A stretch of 61,701 bases of DNA from Desulfobacterales bacterium (GTDB lineage Bacteria; Desulfobacterota; Desulfobacteria; Desulfobacterales; SURF-7), in the NCBI GenBank assembly GCA_018693105.1, contig JABHLN010000006.1, positions 1 to 61,701 of the forward strand, given 5' to 3'. Each line of letters opens with the position of its first letter. Within the stretch, counting starts at the first letter, position 1. The position numbers were made by a program, and so were the translations under genes. Positions 10,507 to 21,049 of the stretch are shown here, piece by piece. The notes beneath the pieces are model-generated. The model saw nothing but the letters and a program-made list of their open reading frames with translations. It ran no database searches and was not told where the DNA came from.

Positions 10507-11295
10507 TTACTTTCCCTTGAACTCTGCTTTTCTCTTTTCCAGAAATGCTTTTGTTCCTTCTGTTGCATCTTCTGAAAGAAGAATTTCACAAAATTTCTTC
10601 CGTTCATACTCAAGCCCTTCTCTAATAGGCATATTACCACCCTTATATGTAACTTTCTTACATATTTCGATCCCTATAGGCGGTCTTTCCGCGAGTTTTG
10701 CAGCAAAAGCCTCTACTTCTTCCATAAGTTTGTCCTGAGGAGTAATTTTGTTAATCAAACCTATCCTGTATGCTTCCTGAGCGTCAATAGGATCACCTAT
10801 AGTAATCATTTCAAGTGCTTTTGTAGCCCCTACAAGATTCATCAGCCTCTGGCTTCCACCGGCACCAGGAATAATACCTATCTTGATTTCAGGCTGGCCA
10901 AATTTTGCTTTTTCACTTGCGATTCTGAAATCGCAGGCCATGGCAATCTCGCAGCCCATGCCGAATGCAAGGCCGTTTATTGCAGCAATAACCGGTTTGG
11001 GACAATCTTCAAAAAGGTTTGGATTCAACATTTCATCAAGTGCAGCATTTACCTTGGTCACATCATCAAGTTCAGACCATCCTGTAACCATATTAATATC
11101 CGCACCGGCCATAAAAGCTTTTCCTTCACCGGTTAAGACAATAACCTTAACGGAATCGTCTGCTGCAAGTTCATTGAAACCCTTTCCTATCTCATCTGAA
11201 AGGGTTTTGTTATAAGCATTCAAAACCTTGGGCCTGCTAAATATCAGCTTTCCGATATCACCACTTTTTTCCAGTATAATTGATTCATATGACAT
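10507..11295 (-). CDS. Enoyl-CoA hydratase (crotonase)
   Basis: AFMAGADI, GMGCE, FGQPEIKIGIIPGAGG. Confidence 0.95.
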   Translation of the reverse strand: MSYESIILEKSGDIGKLIFSRPKVLNAYNKTLSDEIGKGFNELAADDSVKVIVLTGEGKAFMAGADINMVTGWSELDDVTKVNAALDEMLNPNLFEDCPKPVIAAINGLAFGMGCEIAMACDFRIASEKAKFGQPEIKIGIIPGAGGSQRLMNLVGATKALEMITIGDPIDAQEAYRIGLINKITPQDKLMEEVEAFAAKLAERPPIGIEICKKVTYKGGNMPIREGLEYERKKFCEILLSEDATEGTKAFLEKRKAEFKGK

Positions 11296-11384
11296 AGATT
11301 ACCGCCCCCTCTAATTTGGTTAAAATATCTTTTATAAATTATATTCAGAAAACTACCAAAGCAATTTGAAATCATTTACATATT

Positions 11385-11999
11385 TCATACTGACAGTTTG
11401 CTTTCTGATTTTTGTTTAAGAAATGCCTCGGAAATACCGCAAGTCAAAATCTGGTAAAACTGCCGGGCAATACCATCCATGTCCAGTTCTCCCTCTTTCT
11501 CATACCAGAGCACCGACCAGTTACACATTCCCTGTATAGCATTTGCCACAACTTTGGGATTCAACCCTTTAAAAATTGTATTCTCTTCATCCTGTATCTG
11601 AACCACAATCCCACGAACAAGTCGGGCATAAACTCTCTGACTTTCCTCGTATATCTGCCGGTTTTTATCACCAAAGTACCTGGATTCCCTTAAGTTCAGA
11701 TTAATTATATCCCCCTGGGCACCAACAAGTTTCATATGGTGTAAAATAAACCGCTTAAGCTTTTCAACACCTGATAAAGAAGAATCGTTTACTATTTTTT
11801 TGAGTCCTTCAGTTGCAGAGGGAACATATTCGTCAAGAATAGATAAAAGTATTGTTTCCTTGTTTTTGAAATGATGAAATACAGTGCTTTTTGTAATACC
11901 GACATTGTCGGCAATCATTTGGATAGATGTACCGTGATAACCATTGTTACACATGAGCTCTATTGTAGCTTTCAAGATTTTATCGTAATTGGTTTCCAA
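11385..11999 (-). CDS. TetR-family regulator (KstR2-like)
   Basis: GYHGTSIQMIADNVGITKSTVFHHFKNKE HTH; GMCNWSVLWY; TTG start after GAGGGG. Confidence 0.9.
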   Translation of the reverse strand: METNYDKILKATIELMCNNGYHGTSIQMIADNVGITKSTVFHHFKNKETILLSILDEYVPSATEGLKKIVNDSSLSGVEKLKRFILHHMKLVGAQGDIINLNLRESRYFGDKNRQIYEESQRVYARLVRGIVVQIQDEENTIFKGLNPKVVANAIQGMCNWSVLWYEKEGELDMDGIARQFYQILTCGISEAFLKQKSESKLSV

Positions 12000-12232
12000 A
12001 CCAATACCCCTCAGTTTCAAAATACAAAAGTTAAAAGTAAAAACCAAACATTGTCTATCAGTAAAGTAATGATTAAAATTCGGACAGGATGCTAAGTTTT
12101 CAGGCCCATTATGATCAGGCAGAAACAGCAAAATGAGGTCAGAAAATATACTTAACAGATAAAAAAGCAACGATTCGGAACAGGATTCAATAAATTGATT
12201 ACTGGAGGAAATCCTTGCAAAAAATCACACTG

Positions 12233-12246
12233 ACCGAATGGTTGGT
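12233..12246. promoter_or_regulatory. Possible TetR operator ACCGAATGGTTGGT
   Basis: Imperfect palindrome upstream of the TetR gene; similar ACCGACC/GGTCGGT halves at 40961-41003. Confidence 0.4.
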
Positions 12247-12393
12247 ATAATATGAAAGAGGTACAGGTGTCAAGATAAAAAATTATCATCGTCGGTAGAT
12301 TCAGGGGAATATTTCAGGAGTCAAAACAAATGATTTTTTTCTAAATTTAAGTTGCAATTATTACATGGACAAAGGAAAATATCAAAAGTAAAA

Positions 12394-12517
12394 TTCATGA
12401 ACTATTTAAAAAATATAACCGGCGACTATATACAAATTGCCACATACAACTCATAGTGGTTTATCAGTATTGAAGGCGTACATGTAGTATTTCCAAATTC
12501 TCATAAAATCTATAACC
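12394..12517 (+). mobile_element. MITE-A copy 2, heavily decayed
   Basis: Retains TATAACC..CATACAA..CATAGTGGTTTATCAG..TGAAGGCGTACATGTAGTAT..CTATAAC in the right order and spacing. Confidence 0.7.
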
Positions 12518-12572
12518 AGATTAACAGCGCAATCACTTCCATTAGCTTAAACAATCAATTCAGGAGAAAATC

Positions 12573-13583
12573 TTGTCTCAAAGAGAAAAAACTACAATAT
12601 CACCGAAACTCCATGAAGATACTAAGTCGATAAGCACCCATCGTGCATTTGTATATTCCATTATAATGCCGGGTTGGGGAGAATGGTATGCAGGGTCACG
12701 CATGAGATCTTTTTTTACCGGAATTATGCTCTTAGTTTCTCTGGTATTGTTTACATTCATAATGTTCGATTTGACTGTGGCCATTACTGATATGATTATG
12801 GATATCATTGATGGAGATATGAATGCAAAAATGCCTGCAATACCTTTTAATTATCTGGGTCTTTCCATTGCCGGACTTTGCTTCACCTGGTTGTGGGGTA
12901 TAATTTCTTCGATTGACATTGCAGTGAAAAAGCAAAAACAAGACAATGAGCTGCCGGAAAACAATCCTATATGGGGCGTTGTGTTTTCATGGGTATGTCC
13001 AGGTTCCGGCCATGTATACTCAGGCTACCCACTTTTTGGATATATCCTTTTTACCGGCTACCTAATGGGAATTCTGCTCCTTTTTCCTGTTTATAAGCAT
13101 CTCGGGAATGAAATCTTCGAGATGATGTATAATGGCACTCTTTCAGCAACAAACCGTTTTGAAATCATTTCACTTTTCAGGGAATATACAACAAGACTTC
13201 ATTTCAGTTTTGCACCATTATTTCTTAAAATCTTAAAATATGTTGCAATAGCCGGTACTATTGATTCTTTAAATGAAATAATCGCAAAGAGGGCAGACAA
13301 TAGTTTTGAATGGATGAAGAATCCCTGGATAAGAGGTCTGGTTCATTTGCTATTCGGCTGGTTGTGCCCTGGAGCAGGACAGCTGTTAGAGAAACGTAAT
13401 ATTTCAGGATGGGGGATAATCGTCATTAATGCCGCATGTCTTCTAATTGTAGGATTCCTCTTGACATCAGGCAGTATTACACCATCCACTGCATACAAAT
13501 ATAATATATTGATAAGCGGGCTGCAATGGATTGCCATAATCGAAGCGCCGGCATATATGATGTTCAAGCTAAAAAAGGTATGA
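12573..13583 (+). CDS. Polytopic membrane protein with three PG(W/S/A)G repeats
   Basis: 336 aa, TTG start after AGGAG; repeats MPGWGEWY, CPGSGHVY, CPGAGQLL. Confidence 0.8.
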   Translation: MSQREKTTISPKLHEDTKSISTHRAFVYSIIMPGWGEWYAGSRMRSFFTGIMLLVSLVLFTFIMFDLTVAITDMIMDIIDGDMNAKMPAIPFNYLGLSIAGLCFTWLWGIISSIDIAVKKQKQDNELPENNPIWGVVFSWVCPGSGHVYSGYPLFGYILFTGYLMGILLLFPVYKHLGNEIFEMMYNGTLSATNRFEIISLFREYTTRLHFSFAPLFLKILKYVAIAGTIDSLNEIIAKRADNSFEWMKNPWIRGLVHLLFGWLCPGAGQLLEKRNISGWGIIVINAACLLIVGFLLTSGSITPSTAYKYNILISGLQWIAIIEAPAYMMFKLKKV

Positions 13584-13585
13584 GA

Positions 13586-14086
13586 TTAATTCCCGCAACA
13601 TTTCTTATATTTTTTCCCACTTCCGCATGGACAGGGATCATTTCTGCCAACCTTGGGGCCTTTACGGATAACCTGTTTTGGTGTTGGAGCCTGTCCGTCG
13701 TAAAAAAACCACTCGCCATCTGTCTTTTTGAAAGAGGCCAGTTCATGGTGTTTTTCTTTTTTATCATTTAATATATAATCGGCAATAAATTCTACACTGC
13801 CTTCATTGTCATCCTGGCCTCCGGCTGTTGTTTCAAGTATTTCAAGGCCGAGCCATTCAGAATTTTCAGCCCATTCCCTAACTGAGTTTTCTTCATGCTC
13901 TTTCCGTTTATCCGGATGCATTGTATTACCGATATAGTCAACTTCAACTTTTGTATAGGCGGTGTAACGTGACCGCATTAATTCTTCAACTGTTAGTGCC
14001 TTACGGGAACCGCTGATTAAAGGCTCACAGCATTCAGAATATGATTTCTCCGAGCCGCAGGGGCATTGTTCCATGTTATTTTCCAT
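13586..14086 (-). CDS. ychJ: YchJ / SEC-C motif protein
   Basis: [38 protein letters not shown]; start approximate. Confidence 0.9.
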   Translation of the reverse strand: MENNMEQCPCGSEKSYSECCEPLISGSRKALTVEELMRSRYTAYTKVEVDYIGNTMHPDKRKEHEENSVREWAENSEWLGLEILETTAGGQDDNEGSVEFIADYILNDKKEKHHELASFKKTDGEWFFYDGQAPTPKQVIRKGPKVGRNDPCPCGSGKKYKKCCGN

Positions 14087-14281
14087 TAATATTTGTCTTC
14101 CTGATCTATTCTCTCTCTCACATGGCAACTGACAAGAAATATAAGATCAATGTTTTGATATATATGTTGATTTTGAAACCAGCAAAAATTTTATATATTA
14201 TTCCAAAATCCTTTTTACCTAAAAGAAGCATAAGAGATCTTTTGAAAAAAGAACAGTTTTTTGTATGATGATAATATCACC

Positions 14282-14710
14282 TTAAATATCTTGTTTTTTT
14301 GAATATTTAAGCATTACCGGTAAAGAAATAATTATAAAAAATGAACCGCCCGGGCCGCTTAACATTACGGCAAACCACGAAAGGTAACTGAGAATGCCGG
14401 GGCCCTTAAAAATCATGGAAGTGACTGAAAGAGGGTATATTATAAAAAATATCAGATCGATAATTGATAAAATTGTAACTCCCCAGGCAGCCCATTTCCT
14501 CATATTCCAGACACCGATACCGAAAACAAAAAAAGGGATTGAGCATAAAAGGTTTTTATATCCGAATATCTGGTTGCAAATTGATGACTCAATAACAAGC
14601 CACAAAAACAACTTAAAAAATGCTATCCACCCTATGGCCCAAAGTTGCCATGGGTAACTTTCATTCATTCTTTCCGGGGGAAACATTCTTGTCCACAGGT
14701 TTTCTTTCAT
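14282..14710 (-). CDS. Hypothetical membrane protein
   Basis: About four hydrophobic helices; GGAG RBS before MKENLW. Confidence 0.7.
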   Translation of the reverse strand: MKENLWTRMFPPERMNESYPWQLWAIGWIAFFKLFLWLVIESSICNQIFGYKNLLCSIPFFVFGIGVWNMRKWAAWGVTILSIIDLIFFIIYPLSVTSMIFKGPGILSYLSWFAVMLSGPGGSFFIIISLPVMLKYSKKQDI

Positions 14711-14862
14711 TTCTTCTCCGAAAAATTTAATCAATTAAAATACATCTAAAAAAAATATTTCTTAAGACTTGAAAACATAGACTAAAAGGCCTTTTGTGTC
14801 AAATTTGCTGCTCATATAAATATTTGCCACCGTCAGCTTAATATTCAACACACCTTAATATT

Positions 14863-15014
14863 GATGAATTCGTAAAAAGCATAACCGATGGCTAAGTAAA
14901 AATCTTCATATACAAGGCATAGTGGTTGGCCAGGCACGAAGACATACAATTAGTATGTCGAGCGTCTGGCCAAACGCTATAACGCAGTAAATGGTGACTT
15001 TTTACGACGCCATC
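14863..15014 (+). mobile_element. MITE-A copy 3 (intact, 152 bp)
   Basis: GATGAATTCGTAAAAAG...CTTTTTACGACGCCATC; perfect 6-bp TSD AATATT (14857-62, 15015-20). Confidence 0.93.
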
Positions 15015-15079
15015 AATATTCAACACACAATGATTAAGCCTGGTGCTCAACGAAGAACCTGTTTAAGACCTTGGAAGTG

Positions 15080-16666
15080 CTAATTTAGTTCCCGGGTTTT
15101 ATGGAATTCAATATCCGGCCACTCCTCCATACAGAAACCTAACTGCCATTCGCTGGTAGTAAGATATGTCTTAAAACCTTCAGAATCCAGAGCAAGATTA
15201 CCCTGGTTCTTCTTTTCAAATGCCTGAAGCATTTTGCTGTCACTGCAATGAATCCATCTAGCAACATTCAAATTAACCGGTTCATACACAGCATCTACGC
15301 CATACTCATCTTTAAGGCGGGCCATGGTTATTTCAAATTGCAATATGCCCACGGCGCCAAGTATATAATCACTTCCGGAAACGGGTCTGAAAAACTGAAC
15401 CGCACCTTCCTCGGCAAGCTGAGTCAAGCCTTTTTGAAGGTGCTTGATTTTCAAAGGATTCCTAAGCAAAACACGCCGAAAATATTCCGGAGCAAAATTT
15501 GGAATCCCGGTAAACTTAAGTTGCTCCTTTTCGGTAAATGTGTCTCCGATTTTAATAGTCCCGTGGTTATGAATCCCGATAACATCCCCGGGGTAGGCTT
15601 CCTCAACATTTGCACGATCCTGTGCCATAAAGATTGTTGCTTTGGAAAGCATTACATCTTTCCCGATTCTGTGATGGCGAACCTTCATTCCTCTGGTAAA
15701 TTTTCCGGAGCATATTCTGAAAAAAGCGATCCTGTCACGGTGGGCAGGATTCATGTTTGCCTGAATTTTAAATGTAAATCCTGAAAAAGTCTCTTCATCC
15801 GGCGAAACATCTCTGGAAAGTGAAGCCCTTGGACCTGGAGCTGGAGCCATTTCAACAAAACAGTCCAGAAGCTCCTTCACACCAAAGTTGTTTATTGCAC
15901 TTCCGAAAAAAACCGGGGTCTGGCTTCCTTTAAGAAAATCTTCCTTGTCAAAAGGATTGGCAGCACCCTCGATAAGTTCTATATCCTCACGCAGTTCATC
16001 TGCCTGACTTCCAAGAATCTCATCAAGTTTACTATCGGACAGATCGGTTATGATAATCCCTTCCTGATCCCTTGTCTCCTTTCCCGGTGTGAAAAGACGT
16101 AGATCTTTTTCAAACAGGTTATAAACCCCCTTGAATCGTTTGCCCATACCGATCGGCCATGAAAGGGGGGCACATTCTATCTGTAGTTTGTCCTCAATCT
16201 CCGAAAGGATATCCAGGGGCAACATCCCTTCCCTGTCAAGTTTGTTTATAAATGTTATAATAGGAGTATTGCGCATCCGACAGACTTCCATCAATTTTTC
16301 AGTCTGAGGTTCAACTCCTTTGGCGCTGTCAATTACCATAAGTGCACTGTCAACAGCTGTAAGCACTCGATAGGTATCTTCTGAGAAATCCGCATGCCCC
16401 GGAGTATCGAGAAGGTTGACTTCATAATCATTATAATTAAACTTCATAACAGATGTTGTAACCGAAATACCGCGTTCTCTTTCAACAGCCATCCAGTCGC
16501 TTATAGCATGGCGGGAAGCTTTTCGTGCCTTTACAGCACCGGCCTGTTGAATAGCTCCTCCAAACAAAAGGAGTTTTTCCGTGAGAGTCGTTTTACCCGC
16601 ATCAGGGTGGCTGATAATTCCAAATGTTCGTCGCCGGGCGACCTCTTTTTTATGCTGCTTGCTCAT
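15080..16666 (-). CDS. prfC: Peptide chain release factor 3
   Basis: [44 protein letters not shown]. Confidence 0.98.
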   Translation of the reverse strand: MSKQHKKEVARRRTFGIISHPDAGKTTLTEKLLLFGGAIQQAGAVKARKASRHAISDWMAVERERGISVTTSVMKFNYNDYEVNLLDTPGHADFSEDTYRVLTAVDSALMVIDSAKGVEPQTEKLMEVCRMRNTPIITFINKLDREGMLPLDILSEIEDKLQIECAPLSWPIGMGKRFKGVYNLFEKDLRLFTPGKETRDQEGIIITDLSDSKLDEILGSQADELREDIELIEGAANPFDKEDFLKGSQTPVFFGSAINNFGVKELLDCFVEMAPAPGPRASLSRDVSPDEETFSGFTFKIQANMNPAHRDRIAFFRICSGKFTRGMKVRHHRIGKDVMLSKATIFMAQDRANVEEAYPGDVIGIHNHGTIKIGDTFTEKEQLKFTGIPNFAPEYFRRVLLRNPLKIKHLQKGLTQLAEEGAVQFFRPVSGSDYILGAVGILQFEITMARLKDEYGVDAVYEPVNLNVARWIHCSDSKMLQAFEKKNQGNLALDSEGFKTYLTTSEWQLGFCMEEWPDIEFHKTRELN

Positions 16667-16809
16667 TTTAATATATAACCTATTCTATTTACTAATAAAT
16701 CATGAAGCCTATTATTAAAATTCCTGAATTCAAAATGAGGGGGCAAACTATCAATATAAAACGAGTTTGTAAAGAAAGAATTTATTCCGGGGTTGGTTTT
16801 ATATTCCGC

Positions 16810-17292
16810 CTATTCATCCACTTTAATAAAATTAGTATCAAAAGAGCCCCCTGAAATTGTTATAATTGCAATGGTATGGGGGAAACCGTGTCGACACTGC
16901 CCGGCGCTTCCAGGATTCAAATATTGAACGCCATCACGTTTCTCTGAAAGAGGACGGTGTGTATGGCCGAATATGACAACATCGCAGTCAGAAGGAACAT
17001 TTTCTATACCATGCTTGTATAGGTCATGAACCACAAATATAAAGAAATCACCGGCTTTAACCTTTTCCGACTCAAGGAAATCCCCAGTCTGATTGCCGTG
17101 GTCCATATTACCCCTGACAGCAACAACCGGAGCTATCGTCTTTAGTTTTTTTATTATACCGGAATCACAAATATCTCCGGCATGTACTATGAGATTAGCA
17201 TCTTTTAATGCATCAACAACTCCCGGAAACAGTACTCCATGAGTATCCGAAAGTACACCTACGATAATTTTTTCTTCTATTTTATTAGTCAT
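16810..17292 (-). CDS. YfcE/MJ0936-family metallophosphoesterase
   Basis: SDTH, HAGD, GNMD, GHTH, NPGS. Confidence 0.92.
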   Translation of the reverse strand: MTNKIEEKIIVGVLSDTHGVLFPGVVDALKDANLIVHAGDICDSGIIKKLKTIAPVVAVRGNMDHGNQTGDFLESEKVKAGDFFIFVVHDLYKHGIENVPSDCDVVIFGHTHRPLSEKRDGVQYLNPGSAGQCRHGFPHTIAIITISGGSFDTNFIKVDE

Positions 17293-17341
17293 TTACACAC
17301 TTAACAGCCTGCTTCATTAACTAAAATATTTAATAAGATTT

Positions 17342-17493
17342 GACAAACTCATGAAAAAAATAATTGATGGTTAAATAAAGATCTTCATATACAAGTAATA
17401 GTGTTTGGACAGGAGTGAAGGCATATATGAAATATGTCAAAATTCTGATCAACAGCTATAACACAATAGAGGGAGACTTTTTACAACACCATC
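17342..17493 (+). mobile_element. MITE-A copy 4 (diverged); overlaps stop codon of the lipoprotein gene
   Basis: Collinear with other copies over 152 bp; ends GGAGACTTTTTACAACACCATC. Confidence 0.87.
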
Positions 17494-17728
17494 ATTCTTC
17501 CATAGTATCTTCTATCTGCTCGGCATTTTGATCATGCATATCCTGAACAGACCGCGCTTTGTTAAGAGGATCATTTATTTTATCAAGAGCATCGGCGGCA
17601 ACCTGATCTGTCATTTTTTCTATCGCACCTTTTTCCTTTTTGACTTCCTCTTCCTTCTTGGAACAACTTAAAAAAAGTATACAAAAAAAAGACAATCCTA
17701 TTACCATATATATAAAAGCTTTTTTCAC
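17492..17728 (-). CDS. Small putative lipoprotein
   Basis: Basic N-terminus, hydrophobic stretch, LSC lipobox, charged tail; GTG start after GGGGGA. Confidence 0.7.
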   Translation of the reverse strand: MKKAFIYMVIGLSFFCILFLSCSKKEEEVKKEKGAIEKMTDQVAADALDKINDPLNKARSVQDMHDQNAEQIEDTMEE

Positions 17729-18357
17729 AAGTCCCCCCCATCCCGGACAAAACCGGATCATTTACATTGCTCAGAAAAAACCATTTATCCCAAATAACAA
17801 AGAATTCTGACCGGATTCAAGAAGTATCAAATTTCACAAATTAAAATGTAATAGTTGATGTACTCCTAAAAAGCCTGTCCAAAAAAACAAAAATCGGGAT
17901 AAATCTTTTCCCACAGCCTGTTAAATTATCAAACGACGAATTATTCATTTTTTTTGATGAAATATAATATTAATGAATAATATCTGCAACATTAAACAAT
18001 TATTTTCAACTGTTTCATCATATTATGAAATCGCCTTTATCATGAACACACAAACAATGGTCTTATAAAAATATTTTTCCCCGCCAGAATGATTTCCTCT
18101 ATAAAGAATCATTACACATCATTCAGGTGTTTTTACATTTAAATTAAAATATGTTTCATAAACTATAAAAAGCTGATTTCTGCTACTTTAAGCACATATC
18201 TGTAAAAACGACATGTAAATCGCATTTCACATTAGAATAAGTTATTAACAGGTATAACATATATTTATGTTAAGGCATCCATCAAATGCGTTATCTTGTG
18301 GGAAAGATTTTAACATTGTCATGATTATACTTTTTACAGAAACATCATATAAATCTA

Positions 18358-18417
18358 TTGACAAAATCAATATAAACTTTATATTTACTTAACAATAAAG
18401 TGTGTAGTCCACTACAC
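18358..18417 (+). promoter_or_regulatory. Sigma70-like promoter and palindromic operator GTGTAGT-CC-ACTACAC
   Basis: TTGACA at 18358, TATATT downstream; perfect 7-2-7 inverted repeat at 18402-18417 upstream of the fadH-like gene. Confidence 0.55.
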
Positions 18418-18669
18418 GCAATCTGGTTAGAAGATTAAATTTACTGATTTGAGAAAGGTATCAACATTATTAAAATAAATGAGAATGTCGCAAGGCCATT
18501 TATAAAAGCTTTGTGTAAAAAGTCCTTTTCACAAGTCTTTATTAAGCATACATAAGCCTTGACTATTAATAATAATGACTATAAATTTTATAATCGAAAT
18601 ACTTATTAGATGTATTTAATTGTCTTTATGAAAGATACTTTATAATTTTAAATTATTTAGGAGAAAGAT

Positions 18670-20670
18670 ATGTACGAGAACCTTTTCAGCCCCATCACAA
18701 TCAACAAATGTGAAATCAGAAACAGAACAGCCTACCCCGCAATCGGCCTGCTTTACTCCGATGACAGTTTGCTGAATGACAGATACAACAATTTCTGGGA
18801 AACAATTGCCAAAGGCGGTGTCGGCATATTAACAGTCGGTCCTCTTGGTGTTGACTTTCTTGGCTCAGGAAATACAGGGCTTACATTAAGACGTGACGAT
18901 GTAATTCCTTCATACCAGAAACTAAACCGGTTGATTCATGATGCAGGTGCAAAGTCGTGGGTTCAGCTAATGCATGTAGGAGGTTATGCGCATCCATTCA
19001 TGATTGATGGTCAACAGCCGATAGCCCCCTCGTCAATATATTCAAGTTATTCACATACTACTCCTCGTGAAATGACCATAGATGAAATTAAAGAGGTCCA
19101 AAAATCTTTTGTTGAAGCAGCGGTCCGTGCCAAAAAATCAGATTTTGACGGCGTTGAACTCATAGGTTCTGCAGGATACCTTCTCACACAATTTCTTTCA
19201 CCTTTAAAGAACAATAGAACAGATGAATACGGCGGAAGCTTTGAGAACAGAACAAGGTTCCCCAGAGAAATTATAGAGATGGTTCGTGAAGCTGTTGGCC
19301 CTGACTATGCTATAACAATACGCATGGCAGGAAGCGACTTTGTTGTTGGAAGCAATACAGACCATGATACTCCGGAGTTTGCAAAAGTATATGAAAAGGC
19401 CGGTATCGATGCAATAAATGTAACAGGTGGATGGCATGAGTCGAAGATCCCTCAAATACCCATGGATCTTCCCAGAAGCGGATATGCGTTTTTAGCCGGA
19501 AACATAAAAAAAGCTGTTTCAATTCCTGTTATGGCTTCAAACCGTATAACAACTCCGGATGAAGCGGAAAAAATTATTAGAGACGGTCATGCCGATATGG
19601 TAAACCTTGGACGTGTTCTCATCGCAGACCCGGAATGGCCGAACAAGGCAAAGGCGGGGCATCCGGAAGAAATCCGACCTTGTATTGCATGTTCCCAGGG
19701 ATGCATGGACATGGTTATGAGCCAAAAACCGGTCTTTTGTATTGCAAATGCATGCGCAGGAATGGAAGGCGATAGAAAAATAGTCCAAACAAAATCGTCC
19801 AAAAAAGTAATGGTAATAGGTGCAGGGCCAGGGGGGCTTGAGGCGGCTATTGTTGCTAAAGAGGCTGGACATAATGTTGAGCTGTACGAAAAAGCCGACG
19901 ATATCGGAGGTCAAATCTGGATTGCGGCAAAACCACCACATAAGAGTGAGCTCCTTGAGTTTATTCGGTACTACAGGGCAATGCTAATTAAATATGACAT
20001 ACCGCTTCACCTGAATACCGAGGTTGATGTTGACCTTATTAAAAAAATTAATCCCGACCACATTATTATCGGTGAAGGTGCTGTACCCATTGTACCACCG
20101 ATAAATGGCGCGGATGATCCGAGTGTGATGGATTCCTGGGATGTGTTAAAGAATGATCCCGGCCTTGGTAAAAATGTTGCTGTTATAGGAGGGGGAGCCG
20201 TAGGTCTTGAAACGGCAATGTTTGTTTCATTAAAAGGCACAATTTCTCCAGATGTCCTTCATTTCCTTTTTAGCTATGATGCCGTTAGCATAGAAAGACT
20301 TAAAGAACTTGTTTTCAATGGTAGTTCAAATGTTACGGTTTTTGAAATGCTTCCAAAAGCAGGCCAGGGTGTCGGCCGGTCAACAAAATGGATACTTATG
20401 GGAAATATTAAAAAACACGGAATTACACTTCATACCAATGCAAAGGTTACATCAATCAAGGATGGCCTGATTACCTTTGAGAAAGATGACAAAGAAGAGC
20501 AAATGCAGTTTGATAATGTAATAATGGCGGCAGGTTCCAAATCTGTTACAAAGCTGTCTGATGAAGTGAAAAATCTCGGTATACCTTTTGATAGGGTTGG
20601 TGACTGTGTAAACCCGGAAAAGCTGGATAATGCAATTCACGGAGGTTTTCTTGCTGCAGTGAAAATATAG
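18670..20670 (+). CDS. fadH: 2,4-dienoyl-CoA reductase-like OYE/4Fe-4S/FAD oxidoreductase
   Basis: NNRTDEYGGSFENR, CIACSQGC..C cluster motif, two GxGxxG sites. Confidence 0.85.
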   Translation: MYENLFSPITINKCEIRNRTAYPAIGLLYSDDSLLNDRYNNFWETIAKGGVGILTVGPLGVDFLGSGNTGLTLRRDDVIPSYQKLNRLIHDAGAKSWVQLMHVGGYAHPFMIDGQQPIAPSSIYSSYSHTTPREMTIDEIKEVQKSFVEAAVRAKKSDFDGVELIGSAGYLLTQFLSPLKNNRTDEYGGSFENRTRFPREIIEMVREAVGPDYAITIRMAGSDFVVGSNTDHDTPEFAKVYEKAGIDAINVTGGWHESKIPQIPMDLPRSGYAFLAGNIKKAVSIPVMASNRITTPDEAEKIIRDGHADMVNLGRVLIADPEWPNKAKAGHPEEIRPCIACSQGCMDMVMSQKPVFCIANACAGMEGDRKIVQTKSSKKVMVIGAGPGGLEAAIVAKEAGHNVELYEKADDIGGQIWIAAKPPHKSELLEFIRYYRAMLIKYDIPLHLNTEVDVDLIKKINPDHIIIGEGAVPIVPPINGADDPSVMDSWDVLKNDPGLGKNVAVIGGGAVGLETAMFVSLKGTISPDVLHFLFSYDAVSIERLKELVFNGSSNVTVFEMLPKAGQGVGRSTKWILMGNIKKHGITLHTNAKVTSIKDGLITFEKDDKEEQMQFDNVIMAAGSKSVTKLSDEVKNLGIPFDRVGDCVNPEKLDNAIHGGFLAAVKI

Positions 20671-20721
20671 GCTCATTTACATTTAACAGCCTGTAATTTA
20701 AATATATTTAACTCATAATTC

Positions 20722-20772
20722 AAGCCCGGTCTTTTTCGTATATTTCGAAATTGCACCGGGCTTTTCTTTTTT
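20722..20772 (+). terminator. Intrinsic terminator after fadH-like gene
   Basis: AAGCCCGGT..ACCGGGCTT stem followed by T-tract. Confidence 0.75.
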
Positions 20773-20858
20773 TATAGTTGCCAAAAACCACCAAGTATGA
20801 ATATTTTAGTATTTACTTTTAAACAGTATTTCTTGAAAAAAATTATGATTTAAACTTT

Positions 20859-21010
20859 GATGAACTCGTAATAAGTATAACCGATGGCTAAGTAAGAATC
20901 TTCATACCCGAGGCATATTGATTGGCAAGGTGCGAAAACATACAGTTAGTATGTAGAGCACCTGACCAAAAGCTATAACACAGTAGATGGAGACTTTTTT
21001 CAACGCCATC
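20859..21010 (+). mobile_element. MITE-A copy 5 (152 bp)
   Basis: GATGAACTCGTAATAAG...TTTTTCAACGCCATC; flanks AACTTT/AAATTT (5 of 6 match). Confidence 0.9.
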
Positions 21011-21049
21011 AAATTTTCATACGGCAGGATTCTTAAGGGGGGTGTTATT

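Noticed and set aside
12000-12170. 57-aa N-terminal extension of the TetR
   Set aside because: TetR HTH domains are normally N-terminal; an RBS precedes TTG at 11999
20987-21049. N-terminal extension METFFNAI of the 545-aa ORF
   Set aside because: That ATG lies inside MITE copy 5; the RBS and Rossmann motif indicate a start at 21050
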